Origin: Amphiscolops sp. MND2022 | Taxonomy: Eukaryota | Length of the DNA: 64,000 bases | Assembly (NCBI GenBank): GCA_964187785.1 | Contig: OZ076410.1 | Location: forward strand, 82,584,001-82,648,000 | Reading direction: 5' to 3' | The notes under the pieces: model-generated | Told to the model about the DNA's origin: nothing | The model's database searches: none | The model's input: only the letters and a program-made list of their open reading frames with translations | Position numbers and translations under genes: made by a program | Shown here: piece by piece, positions 1 to 12,419 of the stretch | Layout of the letters: each line of letters starts with the position of its first letter | Numbering within the stretch: position 1 is the stretch's first letter

Positions 1-1106
1 TCCCGAGGAACTCGCTCGATGTACAGCTCAAAACAGCGCCAAGTCGACAATTTGAGTTCACCAGAATGCAAAAAACTGTCAATGAAGCCAGTTCAAGGTA
101 TGTCAAATCATCGGAGACGCCATGTACAATGTGTTTTTCGACTTCTTTTGCCAGTTTTGCCACCTGTTTGAGGGTTGGAACACGTTCGAACCGCTTTTCC
201 TTTCTAAGTTCGATCTCCTGATTCCGACTTTTCTTTGTTCGCTTCTGATAATCGGTAATTTCGTCCAGAATAGAGTTAAATTGTACCCGTATTACCCGGG
301 ATCTGTGCCGCTGAAGCCATGTTATGAAGTCTTTTAGTGCAACAATGAGCTTACTCATCGAATTGTGTGTATAGCCATTCGTTTCTTTGTACTCCTTCAG
401 CACTGTTGCTACTCTAGCAGTGTCACGAAAGTGATCACTCTTCGAGAACACTCCTTTAATGAAGTTTCTTTTGAACTGACTGATTTCTTGATCTTGGGAT
501 TCTCGAATTGAATTGTAATATTCCTCCAACAATTCTGCAGATTTAGGCCCTAAATCATTTCTTTCTGACAACTCCCGTATCTGGGGTGGGAATTCTTCAT
601 CAGACTTCTTATTTCTGACCTTCAGGATGATGTGTCGAGGAAAATCATTATTGTGTCTCCTGGGATTCGTCATCCTCAAAGGGCAATTGACACACTGCGA
701 AACTGGACCGCGGGCGTTTTTAGTAGAATAAAACGACATCAAGAACTTCCGGTGCTCTGGTAGAAGGTTTCTATGAACTTTGTCAAGGTGCTGTCCTATT
801 TTTGCGACTTTTTTGCGGCAAATTGTACAGTCACGTACTGCTTCCTTCGATGTTTTTTTTGTGAATTTTTCGCCGTTTGGAAGTCAAATTGGCCTGCCCA
901 TGGGTTGGTTCTTCTTCTAGAGGAACTTCAACCTGTGTAGAAGTTGCCGCGGGAACATCAGCTGCGGGGGAGAGTTGAAAACCGAGATCTGAGATGGTAT
1001 TCAGGTCAAAACTTGACATTTCAGCTAGTTGTCGGTCGATCATTTCCGAGGTCTCATTCCCCAAAATACCAATAACTGTTGGTTGTAAAGTCTCTTCTTC
1101 GCTCAT
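1..1106 (-). CDS. C2H2 zinc finger + tyrosine recombinase-like protein (Crypton-like or other eukaryotic YR element); 3' end lies outside the window; one frameshift in a T8 run
   Basis: Manual translation: ORF MSEEETL... (ATG 1106) shifts frame at the T8 run 853-860 into a stop-free frame of about 285 codons that runs to base 1. That frame contains CTICRKKVAKIGQHLDKVH (C2H2, 773-829), a second CVNC...H motif, a core-binding-like helix SMSKLIVALKDFITWL and ILVNSNCRLGAVLSCTSSEF (about 8-66), which resembles the first catalytic-Arg box of tyrosine recombinases. The H-x-x-R and Tyr motifs would lie outside the window. Confidence 0.6.
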
Positions 1107-1655
1107 GGTAATGTATTGGAACAATTATAACCAGAAAACAATTTTTCTTTCAAACTTTTAGACCGACTGATCAGTAGGAAGCTGTAAGAGAAAATGGCAC
1201 CTGTCTTTAATTCAAAAAGTGTACACAGCGTCTCTGAAATAGAAAAAGACTCAAAATTTTCACACCTGCCAATAGTAGTTGACTCAAAGTAACTGTACAC
1301 GTTCGCACGTGCTAGCACTTCCTTTGAGGAGAAAATTAAAAGTAGACGCTGAAGAAAAGTTGCGACTTTAGTCGAAAGTGTTGTTGTACAATGAGTCTCC
1401 GATTAGTCCAAAATTTTACAAGTAGTCTAGGATTTTCAAAATGTCATTTTTTGAGCTTTGATGGGAACCGCCTGTTTTTTTGCTTAAGGAATTTCATTAA
1501 AATTTGTAATTTATTGGCGGGATCAAAAGTAGGGAGTTCGAAAAAAAACCTAATAAATTTTCCGTGAGATTTCTGGTACATAGGGTTTTGGGTGTTTTGG
1601 AGACTCAGTGTACACTCCCGAGATACTTTAGGACTACGATGGATCTCCGATGATC

Positions 1656-1657
<2 letters not shown>

Positions 1658-1741
<84 letters not shown>
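1658..1741. repeat. (GAT)28 trinucleotide microsatellite
   Basis: Perfect GAT run read directly from the sequence; it produces the poly-D, poly-M and poly-I ORFs in the track. Confidence 0.99.
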
Positions 1742-1743
<2 letters not shown>

Positions 1744-2860
1744 CCATTATAGACGCTGTGTATCGGCCCTCGATCATTAGAGATTGTATGTACAGGGTCC
1801 CCATTTTCAGGTGCTTTACCCTGGTTTTGTTACAGAGAATACCAAAAGATTGTCGTTTTGTATGTTCGGCTATTCTAGTCAACCTAATTCTTGACCCACA
1901 GACGGAATTTGACGTTGCTACGACGAGTTTTAGGAGATATTTGAGAGCCGTTTAAAAAACGGAGTAATCAGCTTGAAAATGTAAAAAATGGAGACTCGGC
2001 GTAGAAAATTTGTGAAAATGTAGTACTCTGTGTACAGCAAAATGAAAATCGGAGACTTCAAATACGGTGCAAAAGTTGGTTGTATCAACAGTCCTGTATC
2101 AACAGTCCCTAACCAAGTGAAAACTGTTTATTTTTTGTAATTATCAGATATTTTAGTTTTTTGTCAGGCAATTTTGTCTACGTAAGTAGTTTTCTTTGTT
2201 TTTTGTATCGATTTCTGTACTAGAGCTCAAGTTACGCGCTAGTTGAAACTCAAATACATTTAGTTCATATTGCTCCACCCTTTGGGTTCTTTAACAGAAA
2301 AACCATATCGTTTCCGTCTCTGCTTTGGATTCTTTGTCATTTTGCCTAGCGTGTGATACGAGAAAGTCTTTACATGCGTCTGTCATATGGTTTTTCATTA
2401 CAGTCAGTGTACCGACGTTGTCTTCAGTTAGGTCTATTGGCTCCGGATAGCATGAGGGCTGTTTCGGGGTAGCTCCCAAGCTACAACAGGGAAACTCAAG
2501 AAAGAGTTCGACCTAAGAAGATTGAAGGAACTCGAAGATAGAGTTCAAATTATTGCGATTTGGATCTTGACTCAAGGCAAGAGATCTATGTTTGAGAACG
2601 TTTATTGAAGGTATGTATCGGAGATGAATGATAGGAGAAGTGGAGAGTGGGGGACTGGTTATTAAATGGTTATTGGCAAGCAAATTAAGCATTTACAGTC
2701 AAAGGAACAACAAAAAGATCTCAACAAGTTGTTTAAATACGTGTTTATCTATATTTACATTAGTGAGCAATAATCGGTAAATATTATACATGAGGAATGA
2801 GCAATATTATAATTGTCAAGAAAAGTGATTGATTAATGATTAAAGTAACAAAAAAGAAAA

Positions 2861-2928
2861 CTGTCGCAGATTCGAACTCTCGCAGACCGGTTTGAAGGCA
2901 AAGACTGATCCACTGTGCTAAGTGGACT
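2861..2928 (-). repeat. tRNA-like sequence (SINE head or tRNA pseudogene)
   Basis: Minus strand reads AGTCCACTTAGCACAGTGG...GAGAGTTCGAATC, with Pol III A-box (TAGCACAGTGG) and B-box (GTTCGAATC) at tRNA-like spacing; acceptor and anticodon stems do not pair well. Confidence 0.45.
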
Positions 2929-3361
2929 AATAGTTACTGCGCGATCATTGTGATGTCATGCGCCAACATACCTCCAGCCATGAAGTGTCAGCTTTATTGA
3001 AAAAAATGTTAGCACTCGTGCTTATACAATTTGCAATAATATGAATAGCTAGCACCCGTAAATAAGACAAATAGCAAAAGTCATGAGGTCGAGTTAAAGA
3101 GGACAAAACAAAATTTGTGTTTCGGGGATTCGAACTCCTGACCTCCTGATGAGGATTTAATGAGTTTACTACTTCATCATCATCATTAATAAGGGGATTG
3201 GGTATACTTTGGGTATTTGAGTGGGGTGTGTGCGGCTGCAGAAAAAAGTAAAATATTGGCTGGCTTCCTTTATTCTCTTCACACACTAAACATCCTCCCA
3301 CGCCCCACCTTCATTCCCCGTGTGAAGAGAACCCAGATCTGAGCAAAGTTCCCTTAGGAAC

Positions 3362-6300
3362 TTGGAACCTACTCGCGGAATGCGTCCCGTCATTCCAGTA
3401 ACGATAGGGAGTAGGAGCAAAACTATGAAAACGTTCGCTTTGTGCGACTCTGGAGCAAGCCTGTCCTTTGTGGACGAGAGCTTGATGAAAACGCTTAATC
3501 TGACGGGACAGCCAGTGGATTTGAATGTTGCAGGGATTCATGGTACCTCAGATAATAGTAGCAAACGACTTCTAGTCAAGATTGGAGATCAAGACGGAAA
3601 GGTCAAAGAAGATATCAAGGCCTATAGTCATCCCAACGTGAATGCAGGAAATCGAACGTACAACCTCAAGAAATTGAAGGAAATATATCCTCACCTGTCA
3701 GTATTGAAAGACTCTACCATCAATCTGAAAGATGTCAAAGCCATCTTGAGCCAAGATTGTTGCTACTACTTGCAAAGAGCAATCGACTATAGAAAGTGTG
3801 GAAACGCAAAGCCCTGGGCAATGCGAACGAAGCTGGGATGGATGCTCAGTGGACCATTGCCTCAACAACAGACTGCAAAACTTGCAACTGAAAGTCTGGT
3901 TGCTGCGGAAGTGGATCCATTAGTGGATCAAGTGAAAACTTGGTGGAGCATGAAATCATATGCTTCCAACTGCAGCGCATCCGGAAGGTCCAAAGAGGAT
4001 GACAAGGCCCTCGAAATGCTCAAGGCAACCACAAAGTTCGATGGAGAGAGGTATGAGGTCGGACTACTTTGGCAAAAATGCAAAGTCGCGTTTGCCAAAC
4101 AACTACAGTTCAGCTGTAAGTCAATTGAAATCTCTCGAACGCCGACTGGAAAAGGATGAGAACTTCAAACAACACTACAAAGATACAATTGATGTGGACG
4201 TACAAAAGGGATTTGTGAGAATTCTGGATGAAGCAGAGCTTGAAAATACCAAAACAGACCTTCAGTGGTACGTTCCCCATCTTCCTGTACTGAACCCGAA
4301 CAAGCCGGACAAAATGAGACGAGTGTGCAACGCTGCCTCAAAGTTCGAAAGCGTTTCACTAAACGACAATTTGATAGCCGGTCCAAACCTCCTACAATCG
4401 CTCATTGGAACTACCTTCAGAGTCAAGAAGAAGAAAATTGCCTTGACAGCAGATGTTGAAGCGATGTTTCTCCAAGTGAAGGTACCACCTGCAGATTGTA
4501 AAGTACTCCAATTTCTGAGGAGAGAAAACAACACTGAACCTACCTCTGTGTATGAATATGGAAGACACATTTTCGGAGCTAAGAGCTCGCCAACATGTGT
4601 CAACTACGTTTTGCAACAAGTCGGACGAGTTTGCAGAGATGACAATGGGATGGATGCAAAGTTGATAAACAGAAACTTCTTCATGGACGATTTTGTGGAG
4701 TCGGTAGCTTCAGAGGAAGAAGCCGTTGGAATATACAAAAGCTTGCGAAAGTCCTTAGCCGATGGTGGATTGCAACTAACGAAGTGGATTTGCAACTCAG
4801 AGAAAGTAATGGAAAGAATATCTCCTGAAGATAGATCAGGCGCGCTGAGTAAAACATTCGAAGCTGAACCCTTGGCACCCTCAATCTTGGGACTCCAGTG
4901 GAATGTGATGTCGGACAGTTTTGAGATCTGCCGCGGTATGGAAAAAGAGGTGCCTGCGAAGGTCACTCAGCGAGTAATTTTATCTCACGTATCCTCTGTG
5001 TTTGACCCGTTGGGATTGTTTTCCACCTTCACAGTGAGAATGAGAAAATTTCGAAGAAACATGGGCAATTCTGGGCCGAAGAGTTATCTCCAGAAGACGA
5101 GATAGCATTCAATGATTGGGCATCGGAGTTGAGTCACATGAATGAAATTGCTATCAAAAGAAAGTATTTATCGAAAAATGCTGAAGTAGTGGACTTGCAT
5201 ATTTTCGTCGATGCATCCCTAGATGCCATGTGCATAGTTGCTTACTTTCGAGATCAACAGACTGGAGAGATAGCCTATGTGGTAGGGAAATGCCGAGTAG
5301 CGCCAATGAAGCAACAATCAATTCCCCGCCTAGAGCTTCAAGCAGCTATGTATGGAACCCGATTGAAACAACTGATCGTAAATGAACAGGACGTTGTAAT
5401 TGAACGAACTTTTTTTGGACTGTTTCGACAACTGTGTTGCATTGGTTGCGTGGAGTTAACAAAAAACAACCGGTGTTTGTAGCGAACAGAGTCGCTGAAA
5501 TCCTTGACAGTTCAACCATTGATCAGTGGAGACACGTCGAGGGAACCTTAAATCCTGCCGAGATTGGAACAAGAGGATAATCGGTTCTTGAACTAGAAAA
5601 GAGTGAGTGGTTCACAGGGCCGGCATGGCTTCGAGAAAAGGAAGATGCTTGGCCACAAACCTCACCACAGTTGTTTTAGCAAAAAACAGAAGACATACAA
5701 CAAGTCTTTGAAGTCGTGTCAGAAGAAAAGGACATTGATTGGGAGAAGTTCGGTTCGTTCGGACGAATAACCCGGATCTTCGCATGTTTCCTTCGATTCG
5801 GTTCAAAAATCAAAGGAAGTGTAGTAAAGGCAGAAGAAGTGCAGCAGGTGATCCGACTGTTACTAAAGAAAAACCAGATGGAAAGCTTCGGTCAAACTTA
5901 TCAAGCAATGGCCGCAGGTAAACCCATGGCTGCGTTTGATCACTTGAACAAACTGTCACCATTTATGGACGATCAGAACCTAATGCGATTAAAAGGACAA
6001 CTACGTCATGCTGGTGCGAGTTATGAAATGAAATATCCAATTTTGTTATCTGCGAAGCATCCAATAGTGAGAAAAGTGATTGAAGATGCTCACGAAAGTA
6101 ACTATCACGAAGGAACGGAGTATGTTTGGCAGCAGAATTACTGGATAATTGGACTCCCAAACGCGCTCAGAAATGTGTAATTGAAGTGTGTTAAGTGCAG
6201 AAAGCAACAAGTTGGAGGAGTTCACCCTTTCATGGCAGACTTGCCTAAAGAAAGATTAGAGGAAAGAGTTTTCCCTTTTGCCAATACTGGAGTAGACTAT

Positions 6301-7150
6301 TTTGGACCATTCGAAGTGAGAAAAGAGGAAATCGATGAAACGTTGGGGCTGTCTTTTCACATGTTTGACAACAAGAGCTGTACATATTGAAGTCGTGTCT
6401 AGCCTCGAAGCCGACGCATGTCTTGCTGCTATAACGAGTTTCATCGCACGAAGAGGGAAACCCAATATCATTCTAAGTGATAACGGAACGAATTATATGG
6501 GCACAGCTAGAGAAATGCGAGAATGGATAGAAGCTTGAATTCAATCAGATACTGAGCACTGTTTGGCTCAAAAGCAAATAAAATGAAAGTTCAACCCCAC
6601 CAGGTGCGCCCCATTTTGGAGGTGTTTGGGAGCGAATGGTTAGAAGCTGCAAAAAAGCTATGATGGCAATAGTGGGAAACAGAGTACTGACAGATGATGT
6701 ATTATCCACAGCAATGTGTCTAGTCGAGCAGATTTTGAATTCGAGACCTCTGACTAGTGTCAGTGATGATCCTGAAGATTTGGAAGCTTTGACTCCAAAT
6801 CACTTCTTGCTAGGACGTGCGAGTCCAGCAACCCCATTCATTCCTGACGCTCAGCGAAATACAGATCAGGGAAGGGTATTCAGAGTATCTCAAGCATATG
6901 CCAATATGATCTGGTGCAGATGGAATAGAGAATACTTACCACAATGGAATGAGAGATCTAAATGGAATGAAGAAGTTCGACAACTAGAAGTCAATGATTT
7001 GGTTTGGATAGTGGATGAAATTGTAAAAAGAGCACACTACGAGATGGCTAGAGTGTTGTAAGTCTATCATGGAAGCGATGGGCGAGTTAGATCAGCGCTG
7101 GTGAAAACGGAAGATGGAAAACTCAAACGACCTGTAGTGAAACTGGCACC
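3362..7150 (+). pseudogene. pol: BEL/Pao pol pseudogene, copy 1 (protease, RT, RNase H, integrase)
   Basis: ALCDSGASLSFV (protease); WYVPHLPV..KPDK, GPNLL, TADVEAMFLQV, HIFGAKSSP, NFFMDDF (RT); LHIFVDAS, PRLELQAA (RNase H); H..YHEG..CVKC, TGVDYFGPF, SDNGTNY, ERMVRSCK, LTPNHFLLG, W.RW.REYL (integrase and tail). Many stops and frameshifts. Confidence 0.95.
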
Positions 7151-7771
7151 CATTATCTACGAAAGTGTTCTTCGGGAGAAAACAGGGCCAGCAATGTTGG
7201 TGCCAGTCATCAGCAGGCAAAGAAACTCAATTCAGAACATGCTGGTTGAGAAACAAGACTTAAACTCTTAGAAACTTAGATGAAAATTTGAAGAAAATCC
7301 AATCATCACAAATATTTAAACCCCCCCCCAAATGGGTTTTCTCAAAGACTGTTAGTCATAGAGCCTTGAAACTCAGTACACATACGCAGGTACATAACAC
7401 TAACTCACCGACTAAGTGTCAAAGTCATTCAACCATTATTACCCCCTTTACCCCTCTCAAGTGTGATTTTCAAGGTCATTGTGCCAATATTGTAAACATT
7501 GCTGTTTACCATTACAACCACATTAGAATGTAACTCTGTTGCAATTGATGATATTTACATAGTGTAAACATGCTTTTGAGCCCACATAACCAACATGCTA
7601 AAACCACCATGTGCTTTGTTTACATAGCCAATAATTTTACTAATTTAATTAAATTTCATATATTTATACAACATATTTCAACTGATATTTGCTTATATTT
7701 ACTGTAGAATTGTAAACCACATTTATACCAATATTAGATAGAGATTTTCTCCACTGAATACCTATAGTCAA

Positions 7772-10700
7772 AAACCAAAACAGACCTTCAGTGGTACGTT
7801 CCCCATCTTTCTGTACTGAACCCGAACAAGCCGGACAAAATGAGACGAGTGTGCAACGCTGCCTCAAAGTTCGAAAGCGTTTCACTAAACGACAATTTGA
7901 TGGCCGGTCCAAACCTCCTACAATCGCTCATTGGAACTACCTTCAGAGTCAGGGAGAAGAAAATTGCCTTGACAGCAGATGTTGAAGCGATGTTTCTCCA
8001 AGTGAAGGTACCACCTGCAGATTGTAAAGAACTCCAATTTCTGAGGAGAGAAAACAACACTGAACCTACCTCTGTGTATGAATATGGAAGACATATTTTT
8101 GGAGCTAAGAGCTCGCCAACATGTGTCAACTACGTTTTGCAACAAGTCGGACGAGATTGCAGAGATGACAATGGGCTGGTTGCAAAGTTGATAAACAGAA
8201 ACTTCTACATGGACAATTTTGTGGAGTCGGTAGCTTCAGAGGAAGAAGCCGTTGGAATGTACAAAAGATTGCAAAAGTCCTTAGCCGATGGTGGATTCCA
8301 ACTAACAAAATGGATTTGCAACTCAGAGAAAGTAATGGAAAGAATATCTCCTGAAGATAGATCAGGCGCGCTGAGTAAGACTTTCGAAGCTGAACCCTTG
8401 GCACCCTCAATCTTGGGACGCCAGTGGAATGTGAAGTCGGACAGTTTTGAAATCTGCCGCGGTATGGAAAAAGAGGTGCCTGCGAAGGTCACTCAGCGAG
8501 TAATTTTATCTCACGTATCCTCTGTGTTTGACCCGTTGGGATTGTTTTCCCCCTTCACAGTGAGAATGAGAGAATTTCGAAGAAGCATGGGCAATTCTGG
8601 GCCGAAGAGTTATCTCCAGAAGACGAGATAGCATTCAATGATTGGGCATCGGAGTTGAGTCACATGAATGAAATTGCTATCAAAAGAAAGTATTTATCGA
8701 AAAATGCTGAAGTAGTGGACTTGCATATTTTCGCTGATGCATCCCTAGATATCATGTGCATAGTTGCTCACTTTCGAGATCAACAGAGTGGAGAGATAGC
8801 CTATGTGGTAGGGAAATGCCGAGTAGCGCCAATGAAGCAACAATCAATTCCCCGCCTAGAGCTCCAAGCAGCTATGTATGGAACCCGATTGAAACAACTG
8901 ATCGTAGATGAACACGACGTTGAAATTGAACGAACTTTATTTGGACTGTTTCGACAACTGTGTTGCAATGGTTGCGTGGAGTTGACAAGAAGCAACCGGT
9001 GTTTGTAGCGAACAGAGTCGCTGAAATCCTTGACAGTTCAACCATTGATCAGTGGAGACACGTCGAAGGAACCTTAAATCCTGCCGAGATTGGAACAAGT
9101 GGAAAATCAGTTCTTGAACTAGAAAAAAGTGAGTGGTTCACAGGGCCGGCATGGCTTCGAGAAAAGGAAGATGCTTGGCCACAAACCTCACCACAGTTGT
9201 TTTAGCAAAAAACAGAAGACATACAACAAGTCTTTGAAGTCGTGTCAGAAGAAAAGGACATTGATTGGGAGAAGTTCGGTTCGTTCGGACGAATAAGCCA
9301 GATCTTCGCATATTTCCTTCGATTCGGTTCAAAAATCAAAGGAAGTGTAGTAAAGGCAGACGAAATGCAGCAGGTGATCCGACTGTTACTAAAGAAAAGC
9401 CGGATGGAAAGCTTCGGTCAAACTTATCAAGCAATGGCCGCAGGTAAACCCATGGCTGCGTTTGATCACTTGAACAAACTGTCACCATTTATGGACGATC
9501 AGAACCTAATGCGATTAAAAGGACGACTACGTCATGCTGGTGCGAGTTATGAAATGAAATATCCAATTTTGTTATCTGCGAAGCATCCAATAGTGAGAAA
9601 ATTGATTGAAGTGAAGATGCTCACGAAAGTAACTATCACGAAGGAACGGAGTATGTTTGGCAGCAGAATTACTGGATAATTGGACTCCCAAACGCGCTCA
9701 GAAATGTGTAATTGAAGTGTGTTAAGTGCAGAAAGCAACAAGTTGGAGGAGTTAAACCTTTCATGGCAGACTTGTCTAAAGAAAGATTAGAGGAAAGAGT
9801 TTTCTCTTTTGCCAATACTGGAGTAGACTATTTTGGACCATTCGAAGTGAGAAATGAGGAAATCGATGAAACGTTGGGGCTGTCTTTTCACATGTTTGAC
9901 AACAAGAGCTGTACATATTGAAGTCGTGCCCAGCCTCGAAGCCGACGCATATCTTGCTGCTATAACGAGATTCATCGCCGAAGAGGGAAACCCAATATCA
10001 TTCTAAGTGATAACGGAACGAATTATGTGGGCGCAGCTAGAGAAATGCGAGAATGGATAGAAGCTTGGAATCAATCAGATACTGAGCACTGTTTGGCTCA
10101 AAAGCAAATAAAATGGAAGTTCAACCCCACCAGGTGCGCCGCATTTTGGAGGTGTTTGGGAGCGAATGGTTAGAAGCTGCAAAAAAGCTATGATGGCAAT
10201 AGTGGGAAACAGAACACTGACAGATGATGTATTATCCACAGCAATGTGTCTAGTCGAGCAGATTTTGAATTCGAGACCTCTGACTAGTGTCAGTGATGAT
10301 CCTGAAGATTTGGAAGCTTTGACACCAAATCACTTCTTGCTAGGACGTGCGAGTCCAGCAACCCCATTCATTCCTGACGCTCAACGATATACAGATCGGG
10401 GAAGGGTATTCAGAGTATCTCAAGCATATGCCAATATGATCTGGTGCAGATGGAATAGAGAATACTTACCACAATGGAATGAGAGATCTAAATGGAATAA
10501 AGAAGTTCGACAACTAGAAGTCAATGATTTGGTTTGGATAGTGGATGAAATTGTAAAAAGAGCACACTACGAGATAGCTAGAGTGTTGTAAGTCTATCAT
10601 GGAAGCGATGGCGAGTTAGATCAGCGTTGGTGAAAACGGAAGATGGAAAACTCAAACGACCTGTAGTGAAACTGGCACCCATTATCTACGAAAGTGTTTT

Positions 10701-11300
10701 TCGGGAGAAAACAGGGCCGGCAATGTTGGCGCCAGTCATCAGCAGGCAAAGAAACTCGATTCAGAACATGCTGGTTGAGAAACAAGACTTAAACTCTTAG
10801 AAACTTAGATGAAAATTTGAAGAAAATCCAATCATCACAAATATTTAAACCCCCCCCAAATGGGTTTTCTCAAAGACTGTTAGTCATAAAGCCTTGAAAC
10901 TTAGTACACATACGCAGGTACATAACACTAACTCACCGACTAAGTGTCAAGGTCATTCAACCATTATAACCCCCTTTACCCCTCTCATGTGTGATTTTCA
11001 AGGTCATTGTGCCAATATTGTAAACATTGCTGTTTCCCATTATGACCACATTAGAATGTAACTCTGTTGCAATTGATGATATTTACATAGTGTAAACATG
11101 CTTTTGAGCCCACATAACCAACATGCTAAAACCACCATGTGCTTTGTTTACATAGCCAATAACTTTAATAATTCACTTAAATGTCATATATTTATACAAC
11201 ATATTTCAACTGATATTTGCTTATATTTACTGTAGAATTGTAAACCACATCTATACCATTTTTAGAATAGAGATTTTCTCCACTGAATAGCTATAGTCAA
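7772..11300 (+). repeat. Second copy of a head-to-tail tandem duplication (duplicates about 4246-7771: RT to mid-LTR)
   Basis: CCAAAACAGACCTTCAGTGG occurs at 4249 and 7775; CTATAGTCAA ends at 7771 and 11300; period about 3.53 kb; the copies differ by scattered substitutions and small indels. Confidence 0.97.
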
Positions 11301-11391
11301 GTTGGGTCTCAGGACCGCGAGACTAATTATTCAACTTCTCAATCTTCACAACTTTTCGCTAGAGTTAGAGCGACTAAGAAGTTACTCCCAT
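10724..11391 (+). repeat. Putative 3' LTR region of the BEL element (a partial copy lies at 7195-7771)
   Basis: Starts TGTTGG immediately after CGGGAGAAAACAGGGCCGGCAA at the end of pol; AT-rich; its 3' end cannot be defined because it runs into the next element. Confidence 0.6.
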
Positions 11392-12400
11392 TGTTGGAGA
11401 GCCGGAGCGCGTGAAGATACAGTGAGAGAAGTGTGTGCAAGTGCAAAAAAGGGATCGCAAGAGATTCCTACGGGTCACATCGGACCCACTAGCTAAAAGA
11501 TACAGTCCTTTAAAACACGAAAACCAGGATTTGTTTGGTGACGGTCCACAGCACGAAGCAACGGATCAGGGCGGCGTAAAGCTTGTCAAGCCTCAGCGCA
11601 GGATAAGGGCAAGCAGCCGTTACACCGAGCGAGAGAGGAGTGGGGCGTGTGCTCAGCTCGAACCTCCAATCTGGCGGCTCACAATGGATCACTGTCGTTA
11701 TGACGTTACCGCTCTACCGCTCCACGCAATTTCATTGCTGTTCGAGCTGCTACGCTTTGTGTGCATGACGTTCAACGTTTGCCTTGTGGAGGTCATTGTC
11801 CTTAACTGGTAGACGTCTCAGCTTGCTGACAGGCCTTGTGAACACACCGCGCGATGTTCTCACCAATGCCGCTCGTACTAAGCCGTGGTGACCAAGTTTC
11901 AATTGCATCATTTGACCAATACTCCACGGCAGTGGTGGAATGCCATCGTCTGTTATCAACACCACGTCATCAACTGGGAGAATAACACGTTCTTGTCGCC
12001 ACTTGCTTCGAGGTTGAAGTGATACTACATACTCAGAAGACCATCGCTTCCAAAATTGAGAGAGTAGCTGTTGAAGACTGCAAAATCGTTTTACTGGAGG
12101 CCCTCGAGCATCCATCGTCTGCAAACTGGGTTTTGGGATAGCATCCAATAGGCTCGGAACCAACAAGGGTGATCGGAGTTCTGTACGTTTCCGATAAATT
12201 TCGGGTGTTTTCTTCTGGATGATCCAGCTTCAATGTGCTATCTGTCAAAAGCGATGTTGTTGCGTTCCGTGTCGGTTATGTGGTTAATGGTGTGGCTGTT
12301 CCCGATTCGCTGTCCGATTCGACGTATGCAGCCATTGTAGTTAACTTCACAAGGTTTGATGAACCGGCTTTTCGCTCCACGTAATTCAGTCCCTCTGTTG
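11392..12400 (-). mobile_element. 3' fragment of a second BEL/Pao family (integrase tail + LTR)
   Basis: ORF 11750-12166 reads QFWKRWSSEYV..LQPRSKW...GLVRAALVRT..FTRPVSKL..LP (BEL integrase C-terminal domain). It is followed by a ~386-bp LTR-like segment 11777 to 11392 with CGTTGAA...CTCCAACA termini (TGTTG...CAACA consensus). Confidence 0.85.
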
Positions 12401-12419
12401 TTTGGTTCCTGTTGAAGTT

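Larger units (their letters stand above)
3362..11391 (+). mobile_element. BEL/Pao LTR retrotransposon, 5'-truncated and decayed, with an internal 3.53-kb tandem duplication
   Basis: Domain order PR-RT-RH-INT-DUF5641-like tail, then a purine-rich tract and a TGTTGG LTR start at 7195 and 10724; no gag is recognisable upstream of about 3300. Confidence 0.95.

Noticed and set aside
1592-1955. Poly-Asp, poly-Met and poly-Ile ORFs
   Set aside because: They are by-products of the (GAT)28 microsatellite, with no coding context on either side.
2861-2928. Functional tRNA gene (also considered for 17605-17680)
   Set aside because: A and B boxes are present but acceptor and anticodon arms do not form a canonical cloverleaf; treated as SINE heads or pseudogenes.
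4165-9975. Numerous 60-120-aa antisense and alternate-frame ORFs over the BEL pol (likewise over the Gypsy pol and the GTPase)
   Set aside because: They are shadows of the real coding frames and repeat only because of the tandem duplications.
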